A DNA stretch of 64,000 bases from Candidatus Moraniibacteriota bacterium (GCA_026396275.1 JAPLXC010000002.1:10618-74617), one strand, 5' to 3'. Counted from the first letter of the stretch, positions 29,174 to 39,211 are shown. A program made the numbers and translations. The notes: generated by a model not told the origin, from the letters alone.

Positions 29174-29308
29174 ATGAAGCGAACATATCAGCCCAAAAAA
29201 AGGCGAAGAAAAAAAAGACACGGGTTTTTGAAAAGGATGAAATCTAAACAGGGAAAAAAAGTTCTAAAAAACAGAAGAAGAAAAAAAAGAAAGAAGTTGA
29301 CTCCTTAG
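29174..29308 (+). CDS. rpmH: Ribosomal protein L34
   Basis: 44 aa: [44 protein letters not shown]. Not in the track because it is under 60 aa. Confidence 0.85.
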   Translation: MKRTYQPKKRRRKKRHGFLKRMKSKQGKKVLKNRRRKKRKKLTP

Positions 29309-29357
29309 CGCAACTAAAATTTGGAAATGTGAATTAAATTATAGTCCCCAAAAAAGA

Positions 29358-29705
29358 ATGCTCCCGGCCAAAAACAGATTGACCAGAAAAGATGATTTTC
29401 AAAGGGTGTACCAAAAAGGAACCTTTTTTTCTTTTGGAGACATTACTCTGAAAGCGACTGAAAACAGCCAGAAAGAGACAAGAGTAGGTTTTTTAATAGA
29501 AAAAAAAACAACGAAAAAAGCGGCTAAAAGAAATAAAATAAAAAGATTACTGCGAGAAGCCTTTTCCCGACAATTAAAAAGAATAAAACCCGGATTTGAT
29601 GTTGTAGTGTTTTATAAAGGAAAAGAAAGGATCGGCAAATTTCAACAAGTCGATTTGGCAGTAAAAAAATTATTGGAAAAAAGTGGCTTAATAAAGGCAA
29701 AATAA
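29358..29705 (+). CDS. rnpA: RNase P protein component
   Basis: 115 aa and basic. Sits in the conserved rpmH-rnpA-yidC-jag arrangement. Confidence 0.85.
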   Translation: MLPAKNRLTRKDDFQRVYQKGTFFSFGDITLKATENSQKETRVGFLIEKKTTKKAAKRNKIKRLLREAFSRQLKRIKPGFDVVVFYKGKERIGKFQQVDLAVKKLLEKSGLIKAK

Positions 29706-29711
29706 AAAACA

Positions 29712-30440
29712 ATGAGCGCAATTTTTCACGACATTTTTTATCAACCTCTGTATAATATTCTGATTACTCTTTATAATGTTCTTCCCGGACAGGATTTTGG
29801 AGTGGCTATAATAGCTTTCACTCTAATACTTCGGACGCTTCTTATTCCTATTTATAAAAAGCAGATCGAATCACAAAAACGCCTCCAAGAACTTCAGCCA
29901 AAAATTAAAGAAATTCAGCAAAAGCATAAAAACGACAAAGAAAAGCAAACCAAAGAAGTAATGGAATTTTACAAAAAGAATAAAACCAATCCTTTCTCCG
30001 GATGTTTGCCATTGATAATCCAGCTGGTTTTTTTGATTGCCATTTACCGGATTCTTATAACTATTTCCAATTCCGCTTTTGCCGTAGAAGAAAAAGAATT
30101 GTATTCTTTTGTCAATAACCCCGGGGCAATCAAGCATTTCTTTTTGGGAATCGTGGATTTAACAAGGCCCAGCATAATTTTGGCGATTCTGGCAGCGGCC
30201 GCCCAATTTTATCAAACAAAAATGCTGATGAAAAAACAACCGGAAAAAGAAAAAAGCGATTCTTCCCGGCCGGATTTTACTCAAATGATGAACAAACAAA
30301 TGCTCTATCTTGGCCCTCTTTTGACGCTATTTATTGGAATTAAATTTGCGGCTGGACTTGCCCTTTATTGGCTTGTTTCAACGATTTTTATGATTATTCA
30401 GCAAGTGTTTATTTCCCGTGAGGAGAAAAAACAATCCTAA
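29712..30440 (+). CDS. yidC: Membrane protein insertase YidC (short form)
   Basis: 242 aa, five TM helices, conserved position downstream of rnpA. Confidence 0.85.
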   Translation: MSAIFHDIFYQPLYNILITLYNVLPGQDFGVAIIAFTLILRTLLIPIYKKQIESQKRLQELQPKIKEIQQKHKNDKEKQTKEVMEFYKKNKTNPFSGCLPLIIQLVFLIAIYRILITISNSAFAVEEKELYSFVNNPGAIKHFFLGIVDLTRPSIILAILAAAAQFYQTKMLMKKQPEKEKSDSSRPDFTQMMNKQMLYLGPLLTLFIGIKFAAGLALYWLVSTIFMIIQQVFISREEKKQS

Positions 30441-30460
30441 CGCTTAAATATAACAATTCA

Positions 30461-30940
30461 ATGGAAAAAAAAGTTCAAGAAATTATCAAACAAACAGCAG
30501 AGAAGCTGGTAAAAGAAATGGGATTTAATCCTAAAGTGGAAATTGAAAAAATAGGAAAGGACGATGAAGAAAATCTGATCTGTAATATCATTGTTGATAA
30601 GGACTCCCATCTTCTTATCGGGCAGTACGGGGTTAATCTTCAGGCGCTTCAGCATATCATCCGGCTGTTAGTGAGAAAGAAAACAGATGAGAAGATAAGG
30701 TTTATTCTAGACGTTAATTCGTACCGCCAGCAGAAAAATCAATCGGTTATTGAACAGGCGCATGCAGCGGCAGAACAAGCTGTGACGGAAGGAAGGGTTG
30801 TAATTATGAGGCCAATGTCGGCTTACGAAAGAAGAATTATTCATTTGGAACTGGCCAACAACGAAAAGGTTATTACCGAGAGCATCGGGGAAGGAGAAAA
30901 CCGGAAAGTGGCAATAAAACCGGCAAAAACATCCTTTTAG
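30461..30940 (+). CDS. jag: Jag/KhpB-like RNA-binding protein (KH + R3H)
   Basis: 159 aa. C-terminal R3H: RRIIHLELANNEKVITESIGEGENRKVAIKP. Confidence 0.8.
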   Translation: MEKKVQEIIKQTAEKLVKEMGFNPKVEIEKIGKDDEENLICNIIVDKDSHLLIGQYGVNLQALQHIIRLLVRKKTDEKIRFILDVNSYRQQKNQSVIEQAHAAAEQAVTEGRVVIMRPMSAYERRIIHLELANNEKVITESIGEGENRKVAIKPAKTSF

Positions 30941-30960
30941 AAAAACAAGTAAAAGGTCCT

Positions 30961-32406
30961 ATGGCTATCGCGCGAAAAATTGCTTACAATATTCTCTTTA
31001 ATGTTGTAGCTAAAATCATCTCAACCGGACTGGCTTTGGTAGGAATAGGATTCATTACCCGCTATCTAGGGAAAGAAGGATTTGGAAATTACGCGACAGT
31101 GCTCGCGTTTTTCGCTTTTTTTGGGGCTTTAGCGGATCTGGGAATGTACGCAGTGGCTACTAGGGAGATTTCCCGTTCTGATGCTGATGAGCGAGGAATT
31201 ATGGGTAATGTGGTGACGTTGCGCATTGCGAGCTCATTTTTTATAGCGCTCCTCTCCCCGCTGATTGTACTGCTGCTCCCCTATCCTCAGGAAGTGAAGA
31301 TGGGAATACTTCTAGTCGCGTCGGCCTTTTTCTTTTCCTCAAGTTACATGGTGCTCAACGGGATATTTCAGAAAAACCTGGCGATGGACAAAGTGGCAAC
31401 GGCGGAACTAATCGGAAAAATGGTACAATTAGGCGTGGTTGTTTTGGCAGTTCACTACCGACTGGGATTTCTGGTTGTGATCGCGTCAATCCTTTTTTGC
31501 ATGATCGTAAATTCTACGCTGGTTTTTCTTTTGAGTCGCCGCTATCTGACTTTTCGTCTTTCTTTCGATTTTACCTATTGGAAAAAATTTCTTCGCGAGT
31601 CACTTCCAGTTGGAATTTCTGTTTTCGTCGCATTTGTTTATTTCAAAGCCGATACAATTCTACTGTCGATACTTAGAAATAGCGCCGACGTTGGAATCTA
31701 TAATGCCGCTTATAAAATTATTGAAAACATAAGCTATTTTCCCGGTATGATTATCGGACTAATTCTACCCATTATGTCACACTCTATTTTTTCCAACCGC
31801 CGGCGTTTTGAAGATGTGTCCAATAAAACCTTTAAATTATTTATTTTGCTGGTCGTGCCGTTGGTTATTGGAACCTTTTTTTTGGCCGATGACATTATTG
31901 AGCTTATCGGCGGAGCAGGATTTTCCGAGTCGGCTTTGACACTTCGCATTCTCATTATAGCGCTGGCCTGCATCTTTTTCGGTAACTTTTTTAATACCAT
32001 TCTTATCGCGGGGAATTTGCAAAAAGCGCTTATGAAGATTCTGATACTGTGCGCGGTGGTAAATGTAGGAACAAACCTGATACTTATTCCCCTTTACTCC
32101 TATACCGGAGCGGCTGTCACTTCGGCGATGACGGAAATTCTGGTAGTGGTTCTTACGTCTTACACAGTGGTGCGAAGATTGGACTATCGTCCCCGGGGTG
32201 AACATCTGGGAAGAATTATTGTTGCTGGACTGGCGATGGGAGCGGTTTTGTTTTTACTTCAGGACATGACTTTTATTATTCGAGCGGTACTAAGCGTTCT
32301 TGTTTATGCAGTCGCGCTTTGGATCACGCGAACGATTACCATCCGGGAGATTAGCAGTATTATTAGCCGGGAACCGCAAATTCCCTCCAAGGAAGTAGTA
32401 GTGTAA
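30961..32406 (+). CDS. MOP-superfamily oligosaccharide/lipid-linked flippase (Wzx/MurJ-like)
   Basis: 481 aa, about 12-14 TM helices. N-terminal YNILFNVVAKIISTGLALV is typical of polysaccharide biosynthesis flippases. Confidence 0.65.
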   Translation: MAIARKIAYNILFNVVAKIISTGLALVGIGFITRYLGKEGFGNYATVLAFFAFFGALADLGMYAVATREISRSDADERGIMGNVVTLRIASSFFIALLSPLIVLLLPYPQEVKMGILLVASAFFFSSSYMVLNGIFQKNLAMDKVATAELIGKMVQLGVVVLAVHYRLGFLVVIASILFCMIVNSTLVFLLSRRYLTFRLSFDFTYWKKFLRESLPVGISVFVAFVYFKADTILLSILRNSADVGIYNAAYKIIENISYFPGMIIGLILPIMSHSIFSNRRRFEDVSNKTFKLFILLVVPLVIGTFFLADDIIELIGGAGFSESALTLRILIIALACIFFGNFFNTILIAGNLQKALMKILILCAVVNVGTNLILIPLYSYTGAAVTSAMTEILVVVLTSYTVVRRLDYRPRGEHLGRIIVAGLAMGAVLFLLQDMTFIIRAVLSVLVYAVALWITRTITIREISSIISREPQIPSKEVVV

Positions 32407-32410
32407 ATTT

Positions 32411-33268
32411 ATGGCACAGCCGAAGGTATTTATTATAATTCTTAATTACAATGCTCGCTCTACCCTCAAAGGATGCCTAGCGAGCATTTTTCAGCTTGAA
32501 TACGAGAATTTTGAAGTAGTTTTGGTTGATAATAATTCAACTGACGGATCGCTGGAAGCGGCAAAAACATTTTTTCCGCGCGCCCACATTATTAAAAACG
32601 GCGCCAATCTCGGCTTTGCGGCAGGAAGCAATGTCGGAATCCGCTATGCGCTGGAAAAAATGGCGGACTATATTTTTCTTATCAATCCCGATGCGATAGT
32701 GGAAAAAGACACTCTGCGCATACTAGTTAAAGAAGCTGAACAAAGTGCTAATGCCGGAATTTTTAGCCCTCTTATTATTAAAGAAGACCATTATTCAGTC
32801 TGGTTTGCGGGAGGAAAAATAAAGTGGCTGACAATGAAAACGGTTCATATTTTCGAGCCCCTTTCAAATAAGCCCTATGAGACCCAGTATATCTCTGGCT
32901 GTACCATGTTTGTTAAAAAAGAGATTTTTCGCCAAATCGGGCTTCTGGACGAGAGATTTTTTCTATATTACGAAGACGCTGATTTTTGCCTGCGCGCAAG
33001 AAAAGAAGGATTTAAAATTATGGTGATTCCTCAGGTCCAGGTCTACCACTATGAGAAAAGTGAAGGAAACCTAGAAAATAAAATTTACTGGCTGGTGATT
33101 TCCGGAATAATTTTCTTCAAAAAAAATGCGCCGGTGATTTTAAAGCCGTGGATAAGTTTTTACACGGCATTAAGAAGAATAAAAAATCAGCTGGATGTAA
33201 AATTCAGGAAAAATAATTTGGCTGAAGTTGTTCAAAGGGCGTACGGTGATTATAAAAATGTTAGTTAA
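32411..33268 (+). CDS. Family 2 glycosyltransferase
   Basis: 285 aa. IIILNYN.. and VVLVDNNSTDGS (GT2 DxD context). Confidence 0.75.
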   Translation: MAQPKVFIIILNYNARSTLKGCLASIFQLEYENFEVVLVDNNSTDGSLEAAKTFFPRAHIIKNGANLGFAAGSNVGIRYALEKMADYIFLINPDAIVEKDTLRILVKEAEQSANAGIFSPLIIKEDHYSVWFAGGKIKWLTMKTVHIFEPLSNKPYETQYISGCTMFVKKEIFRQIGLLDERFFLYYEDADFCLRARKEGFKIMVIPQVQVYHYEKSEGNLENKIYWLVISGIIFFKKNAPVILKPWISFYTALRRIKNQLDVKFRKNNLAEVVQRAYGDYKNVS

Positions 33269-33271
33269 AAA

Positions 33272-33337
33272 TGTCATTCCCGCGAAAGCGGGAATCTAGA
33301 GAATTTTCTAGATTCCGGCTCGGAGGCCGGAATGACA
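33272..33337. repeat. GTCAT-type modular double-hairpin element, full copy between the two GT2 genes
   Basis: tgtcat-TCCCGCgaaaGCGGGA-atctagagaattttctagat-TCCGGCtcggagGCCGGA-atgaca. Starts 4 nt after the upstream stop codon. Confidence 0.7.
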
Positions 33338-33343
33338 TATTAT

Positions 33344-34075
33344 ATGGTTTTATCTTTCATTATCGTCAACTATCAAAGTGAAAAATATTTAGAAAATTGT
33401 ATTTCTTCAATTAAAGAAAAAGTTTTAAGTGTGGATTATGAAATAATTGTTGTGAATAATGACAATGGCAACTTAGAAGCTAAGCTTGCAAATGAAATAA
33501 AAGTTATAAAAAGCGAGGAAAATATTGGTTTTGGAGCAGCAAATAATATTGGTGCGAGGGAAGCAAAAGGTGAAATATTATGTTTTTTAAATCCAGATAC
33601 GAAAGTTATTTCAGAAGATATTAAGAGTCTGCTGGACGAATTTGATAAAAATGACAAATTGGCAATCATTGGGCCGAAATTATTAAGCGATAAAAATGAA
33701 GTTCAATGGTGGTGCGCCGGGAAAGAAGTAACCGTTTGGAGCATTATATTAAATAACTTGGGCTATAGGCGCGACAAAAAAATTTGGGAAAGTTCTAAAA
33801 AAATCAAATGTGCCTGGGTGAGCGGCGCGGCGATGTTTATCCGGCGGGAAGTTTTTGAAAAACTCGGCGGATTCGATGAAAAATTTTTTATGTATTTTGA
33901 AGATATTGATCTTTGCAAAAAGGTGCGAATAGCTGGATATAAAGTTTTATACTATCCAAATTTTGCCATAAAGCATTTTGGCGGCAGGAGTTTTTCACTT
34001 GACAGAAAGGCACAGAAATGCTATTATTATAAATCTCAAAAATATTTTTTGAGAAAATGGCTCATTAGTCAATAA
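33344..34075 (+). CDS. Family 2 glycosyltransferase
   Basis: Start re-set to MVLSFIIVNYQSEKYL. The track start at 33332 uses the atgaca end of the repeat element. GT2 motifs IIVVNNDNGN. Confidence 0.7.
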   Translation: MVLSFIIVNYQSEKYLENCISSIKEKVLSVDYEIIVVNNDNGNLEAKLANEIKVIKSEENIGFGAANNIGAREAKGEILCFLNPDTKVISEDIKSLLDEFDKNDKLAIIGPKLLSDKNEVQWWCAGKEVTVWSIILNNLGYRRDKKIWESSKKIKCAWVSGAAMFIRREVFEKLGGFDEKFFMYFEDIDLCKKVRIAGYKVLYYPNFAIKHFGGRSFSLDRKAQKCYYYKSQKYFLRKWLISQ

Positions 34076-34143
34076 GAGGCAAATTTATGTAAATTTGCCT
34101 CTTTCTTTTTGCAACAAAGCCCGAAGTATGCGAGGATTATTAC

Positions 34144-35496
34144 ATGGTTTATAAACTGCTTTTATTGTTCTGCCTCTATCTTCCCTTTCAAATCGCCTTA
34201 AATCCCAGCGAAGGAATTGACCTTGCTTCAGTAAGGGTAATAATCCCAATCCTGGCTTTATTATGGATTATTTCAGGTCTCAAAAACCGGCGGATTTTTA
34301 TTCCAGCGAAAATACAGACGGTTTTAATCATATTTTTTTTGTTCATAGCTGGCCTTTCACTATTTTGGGCAGATAATCAGGATTGGGGATTCCGGAAACT
34401 TTTGTTCTTGCTTTCAATCTTTCCGGTTTATTTTGTAGTAACCAGTATTATTCAATGTCATTCCCGCGAAAGCGGGAATCCAGAAATAAATGGCGTAGAT
34501 TCCGGCTCAGGGGCCGGAATGACATATCTGAATGTCAAAATTATCAAATTTCTCGTCTGGGGCGCGGGAGTTACATCTGTAATTGGCATAATTCAATTTC
34601 TTCTGCAATTTATGATTGGGCTGGATAATACTGCTGCAATTTGGAGAAATTACGTAACACCTCTGTTTTTAGGAAAATCATTTACTCATGCTGTTTTAGA
34701 ATATCCCAGCTGGCTGGTTAATGTTTCCGGGAAAGATTTTTTAAGGGCCTTTTCGACATTTCCCGATCCGCATATGCTTTCTTTTTATTTAGGGCTTTCG
34801 CTACCTTTGGCAATAGGATTATACTATGCTTTTAAAAAAAATATTTATTTATTTTTTTCTTTAATAATTTTAATCGCGAATCTCCTTACCTTTTCCCGTG
34901 GAGGGTATATCGGCTTGGCTGCCGGCCTGATTTTTATAGTTTTATATTTTGCTGTCAATAAAAAAATATCGGCTAAAAAACTTTTAGCTTCTCTTGTGCT
35001 GACACTGATTGTTTTGGCGTCTCTGGCGCTCACGCCAATCGGGAAGCGGGCCATTACCAGCTTCAGCACTGTTGAGGGCTCAAACAAGGTAAGATTTGAA
35101 AACTGGAATCAAGCGGTTAAAGTAATCAAAAATAATCCGCTGGGAGTGGGAATCGGCAATTATTCCTATGAAATTGAGCCCAGCGCTCCCTACCGGAAGC
35201 CGATTTACGCTCATAATTTATATCTTGACATCGCGGCGGAAACAGGAATTATCAATGCCATAATCTTTATATTGCTGGTCGTTTTTTCAATTAAAGATTT
35301 TGTGAAAAAATCAAAAGATAATATTTTATATCTAGGGAGTGCGGCGGGACTTGTGATTTTTTCAATCCATTCAGTTTTTGACACCGCGCTTTATTCAGTG
35401 CAAGTTCTGCCCCTGCTTTTAGTAATAATAGCTTTATCTGCTTCGAATAATTCCGGTAACACTATACTGCGGCCGCGGCATAGTGTTACCGGATGA
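34144..35496 (+). CDS. O-antigen ligase/polymerase-like (Wzy_C family) membrane protein with an in-frame repeat-element insertion
   Basis: 450 aa, multi-TM. Residues CHSRESGNPEINGVDSGSGAGMTY are encoded entirely by a GTCAT-type element. Confidence 0.55.
   Translation: MVYKLLLLFCLYLPFQIALNPSEGIDLASVRVIIPILALLWIISGLKNRRIFIPAKIQTVLIIFFLFIAGLSLFWADNQDWGFRKLLFLLSIFPVYFVVTSIIQCHSRESGNPEINGVDSGSGAGMTYLNVKIIKFLVWGAGVTSVIGIIQFLLQFMIGLDNTAAIWRNYVTPLFLGKSFTHAVLEYPSWLVNVSGKDFLRAFSTFPDPHMLSFYLGLSLPLAIGLYYAFKKNIYLFFSLIILIANLLTFSRGGYIGLAAGLIFIVLYFAVNKKISAKKLLASLVLTLIVLASLALTPIGKRAITSFSTVEGSNKVRFENWNQAVKVIKNNPLGVGIGNYSYEIEPSAPYRKPIYAHNLYLDIAAETGIINAIIFILLVVFSIKDFVKKSKDNILYLGSAAGLVIFSIHSVFDTALYSVQVLPLLLVIIALSASNNSGNTILRPRHSVTG
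34456..34525. repeat. GTCAT-type double-hairpin element inserted in frame within a CDS
   Basis: tgtcat-TCCCGCgaaaGCGGGA-atccagaaataaatggcgtagat-TCCGGCtcagggGCCGGA-atgaca. The element begins exactly at a codon boundary of ORF 34144..35496. Confidence 0.65.
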
Positions 35497-35508
35497 CCGG
35501 ATTAAAAT

Positions 35509-36777
35509 ATGGCTGCAAAAGTAAATAAAATATTGATTCCGCTGACAATACTTTTAATTCCGGCTTATCTGATCAGGTTTTCTGTTTTTGGCATCCCGAC
35601 TAATTTGCTGGAAATTTTGGTTTTGGTGGTTTTTATTTCGGCGTTTTTGAGCAAGCAAAAAATTGATTACAAAGAATTTTACAAGCAAAACAAAGTTTAT
35701 TTTTTTGGAATACTGCTGGTAATTGCCGGACTTTTTATATCAACGGTGGTGAGTGGACATTACCGAATCGGATTCGGAATAATCAAGGGATGGTTTATTA
35801 TCCCACTTGTTTTTTCTTGGGTTTTAATCAAGGAAATAAAGAAGAAAGAAGATTTAGAAAATATTTTAAAATGGCTTTATTTAGGCATTTTTGGAGTAGC
35901 TGCAATCAGTTTAATTTATTATTTTCAAGGAAATGTAACTTACGACAGCCGGCTCAAGGCCCTTTATCTTTCGCCTAATCATCTGGCGATGTATCTGACG
36001 CCGGGAATAATAATTGGAATCTACTTAATTCAAAATACAATTTCTCAACTAACGGGTGAATCTTACAAAGAGATGCGCTTACTTGCATATACAGGCAAAA
36101 GCTACCACTCGCTGTTTTTTAATACAATCTCCTTTTTAATTATTCTGTCTAGCTTGTACCTCACCTATTCCTATGCGGCGTGGGTAGCGGTGATTTTGAG
36201 TTTAATTATCACGGCGCTTTTTGGCAAAAGAAAATTAAGCAAAAAATTTGTTTTGATTGGAGCAATAATTATTTTACTTATTATTATGAGCCAGTGGAAC
36301 ACTGAAAAAATGGAAAATCTCAAAAACTTTTCCCGATCTTCTCTGGAATCAAGGGTCATCATCTGGCAATCAGCGACGAAGATTCTTAAAGATAATGTTA
36401 TCTGGGGGATCGGACCGGGAAATTTTCAAAATATTTATCTGGAATATCAAAAATATTTTCCACCCTATCTTGAATGGGCGGTTCCCCAACCCCTTAACCT
36501 ATATCTTGCTTTTTGGCTTCAGAGCGGGATTTTTGGATTTATCGGGTTTTTAATTTTAATTATTAAGTGGATGCATGAAACATTAAAAAATGAAAAAAAC
36601 AGCTTATTTTTAATAGAAGCTGTTTTATTGGGAATAATGCTTTATATATTAATTCACGGTTTCATTGACACGCCCTACTGGAAAAATGATCTGGCTGTTA
36701 TTTTTTGGATAATATTTTCTCTGAGAATAGTAGCAAGCCAACTGAAAAATCCGAAGCTATTAGCCCAAACTTCTTAA
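35509..36777 (+). CDS. O-antigen ligase/Wzy-like polytopic membrane protein
   Basis: 422 aa, about 10-12 TM helices, with a Wzy_C-like central loop region. Confidence 0.5.
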   Translation: MAAKVNKILIPLTILLIPAYLIRFSVFGIPTNLLEILVLVVFISAFLSKQKIDYKEFYKQNKVYFFGILLVIAGLFISTVVSGHYRIGFGIIKGWFIIPLVFSWVLIKEIKKKEDLENILKWLYLGIFGVAAISLIYYFQGNVTYDSRLKALYLSPNHLAMYLTPGIIIGIYLIQNTISQLTGESYKEMRLLAYTGKSYHSLFFNTISFLIILSSLYLTYSYAAWVAVILSLIITALFGKRKLSKKFVLIGAIIILLIIMSQWNTEKMENLKNFSRSSLESRVIIWQSATKILKDNVIWGIGPGNFQNIYLEYQKYFPPYLEWAVPQPLNLYLAFWLQSGIFGFIGFLILIIKWMHETLKNEKNSLFLIEAVLLGIMLYILIHGFIDTPYWKNDLAVIFWIIFSLRIVASQLKNPKLLAQTS

Positions 36778-36942
36778 AGATTGATTCCGTATAGCTTCCC
36801 GTCAATCCGGTTGATGAAAAAAAGTTCTTCTTCCGAAGGAGAAAGAAAAAGATGGCTAGCATCAAGGCTTCCTTTCATATCTTCCAGTTCAACAATTCGA
36901 TCCTTTTTCCCGGTGGACATGTCTACTTTCCAGAAAGTATCT

Positions 36943-37836
36943 TTAGTTGTAACCTTTTTTTCTTGATAGTCGTTTGGACGTGAGTGTTGGAATACTAAGG
37001 TTTTGATATCCTCCGCCGTTGCTATTAATTACAGCGAGCATTATTTTTGAGCTTCCTTTCGCTTCAGCGGAGCTAACTAGGGCCTTTTCTCCATTGGGGG
37101 ACCAAAGGTAATCCGCTCCGAATTTTTTCGAAAAGATTGTTTTTGTTTCTCCACCAGTCACTCCCACAATCTGAAGAGATGTTTCTTCAAAACCATTGGG
37201 AGCATTCCAGAAAGAAATTAGGGAGGTCTGGAGAACAGGTGTTAGAGAAATAAAGCGAAGTGTAGTGTCTGCCAATTTTTCCCAGTTGCTTCCGTCAGGA
37301 TTGGCAATATTAATACTCCGCTTTTTTGTTTGAGAATTGAAATGCTTGTAGATAATTTTATCGCCCAGATTAGTCCAAGCAATACTGTCAATTCCATCTT
37401 TAAGCCGTTTTCCTTCCTGGGTAGTGTAGTCGTAGAGATAAAAGATAGTTTTTCCTTCTTTGTTAAACACCGAAATCACTTTATTCTTATCCGGTGACCA
37501 AAAAACATTTTCCAGTCCCTTGAGATCTTCGCTTGAGGTCATTCTTTTATTAGTTCCTTTTAATGTAACTTCATAAACGTTTCCATTAGAGCGGGTGTAA
37601 TAAGTGATATGCTCACCATCTTTGCTTATCGTCGGGGAAATAACCGCTTCGTCAGTGAGAGGATAGATTTTTTCCTTTGACTTTTCTTGTTTTTTCTCCG
37701 GAGCGGCTTTTTCTTCCTTTTTAACAATCTCTGGAGAGCCGGCTTTTTTCTCTTTAAAAGCAAAATTATAAACCCCCCAGAAGAGGAGGATGACAAGAAG
37801 AGCGACGAAAGAAATTATAAAAACCTTTTTAGCCAT
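36943..37836 (-). CDS. TolB-like periplasmic beta-propeller (PD40/WD40-like) protein, apparently frameshifted at its 3' end
   Basis: 297 aa. N-terminal TM/signal, Lys-rich linker, then beta-propeller-like repeats. Another 58 protein-like codons continue in a different frame down to about 36774. The frame breaks at a T7/A7 homopolymer at 36955-36961. Confidence 0.5.
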   Translation of the reverse strand: MAKKVFIISFVALLVILLFWGVYNFAFKEKKAGSPEIVKKEEKAAPEKKQEKSKEKIYPLTDEAVISPTISKDGEHITYYTRSNGNVYEVTLKGTNKRMTSSEDLKGLENVFWSPDKNKVISVFNKEGKTIFYLYDYTTQEGKRLKDGIDSIAWTNLGDKIIYKHFNSQTKKRSINIANPDGSNWEKLADTTLRFISLTPVLQTSLISFWNAPNGFEETSLQIVGVTGGETKTIFSKKFGADYLWSPNGEKALVSSAEAKGSSKIMLAVINSNGGGYQNLSIPTLTSKRLSRKKGYN

Positions 37837-37854
37837 CTTATATTTAAAGCTTAA

Positions 37855-38325
37855 CTAGTTTTTAAGAAGTTGTCCTCCTTCGCAAAAACTTAGCTTATAA
37901 ATACCGCCTCCAAATTTTTCGTTGACCGTATATGGTACAGTAATAGAAACTTTGAGCTTACATGCGTCTTCTTTATTAATTTTAAGAGCTCTTAAAAATT
38001 CCTGCTCTGCCGCAATCTGGGCTTTTTCAGTATCTTTGTTAAGCAGAGCTATAATAAAACCTTGATCCCCGGGATAATATTCAATTAAAAAATCTTCAGT
38101 TGATTGAAAAGTGACACCGCCCATTGAAAGTTTTTCAACAGGATTTTCGGTTATATCAGTTATTTTGACTTCGCCTTGTTCAGTTTTTATTGTTATCTTT
38201 TCCGGGCCATATCTTTCCCTAAGAATAAAAAAAGCAAATATTCCTACCGTCAAAATCACTATAATTGTAATGAGCATTGTTTTTTTTGTAAGCATATATA
38301 AAAGAATTTTAGAAATTACAAACAC
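37855..38325 (-). CDS. Membrane-anchored hypothetical protein
   Basis: 156 aa. One N-terminal TM helix, then a soluble domain. In an operon with neighbours (overlaps the upstream gene by 17 nt). Confidence 0.4.
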   Translation of the reverse strand: MFVISKILLYMLTKKTMLITIIVILTVGIFAFFILRERYGPEKITIKTEQGEVKITDITENPVEKLSMGGVTFQSTEDFLIEYYPGDQGFIIALLNKDTEKAQIAAEQEFLRALKINKEDACKLKVSITVPYTVNEKFGGGIYKLSFCEGGQLLKN

Positions 38326-39211
38326 TATTAGCGCCCCAGGCTCTCCAGCCGCTTGACTGATAAATTGAACAGGCTGCTTGAATATTTGTGCTGGCTGTTT
38401 GAGCGGCGGCGACGCACTGCTGGTATAAAGTTTGATTCGTGACAGTGCAGTTATGATTACGACCTGTATATGGGTTACTAAAAGCTGAAGGGCAATTCAG
38501 GCCAGCGACAGGATTAGCACTAATATTTATTTGAAACAGTCCCCAAGAAACTACCTCGTTGCCCGGCTGGCATCTATCTACTCCACTAGCCCTCCGTTCT
38601 ATTCCACCACTCTCTGCATTGCAGATACCAGAGGCTTGCTCGGCTACAGAAGCAAAACAAGTATTTCTTAAATTTTCTACTGAACAAGGGCCAGTAGATA
38701 GGGGCGCACAACGTACCGGAGGAGGATAAACACCGGGCGGTCGTGCGGGCGGAGCTGGCTTTGGCAATTCTACTGCTTTCAAGGTGAGATTTATCTTAAC
38801 CAAATCCGGATTAATGACATAAAGTAAGAGCCAAGCAGCCAGAGCAATAAGCAAACCAAAAAGAGCATCAAAAATCACCTTTTTGGCCGATTCCATCCGG
38901 GAGGTGTTACCGGCGCTGGTCATATACATAAACCCGCCGATAGTAATCATTAGAAGCGCGGCGATCCCGACCGTCCAGATGGCAAATTTGGTAATGGAAA
39001 GAATGTAGCTGGGAAAAGTAGTGGCTGCGGTCTCAAATCCTGGGATTTTTTCCATCGGGGTATATTCATATGCTGCTGTCTGATAAACAAAAGAAATACA
39101 AAAAACAGCCAATAGTAAGAAACCAGCGATAAAAAAAGGTAAGTAAGAATTAGCTTTTTTCATAAGAAGTTTCTTTAGGCCGATAGGTCTCAGGAATGAA
39201 AGCAAAGACAA
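38309..39211 (-). CDS. VirB2/TrbC-pilin-like membrane hairpin fused to a C-terminal Cys-rich lysozyme-like (lytic transglycosylase-like) domain
   Basis: 300 aa. Two TM helices bracket FMYMTSAGNTSRMESAKKVIFDALFGLLIALAAWLLLYVINP, which is TrbC/VirB2-like. A PAPPARPPGVYPPP linker follows. The C-terminal domain carries NAESGG ... SWGLFQIN (SLT-like E-S ... GLxQ) and 12 Cys. Confidence 0.45.
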   Translation of the reverse strand: MSLLSFLRPIGLKKLLMKKANSYLPFFIAGFLLLAVFCISFVYQTAAYEYTPMEKIPGFETAATTFPSYILSITKFAIWTVGIAALLMITIGGFMYMTSAGNTSRMESAKKVIFDALFGLLIALAAWLLLYVINPDLVKINLTLKAVELPKPAPPARPPGVYPPPVRCAPLSTGPCSVENLRNTCFASVAEQASGICNAESGGIERRASGVDRCQPGNEVVSWGLFQINISANPVAGLNCPSAFSNPYTGRNHNCTVTNQTLYQQCVAAAQTASTNIQAACSIYQSSGWRAWGANSVCNF

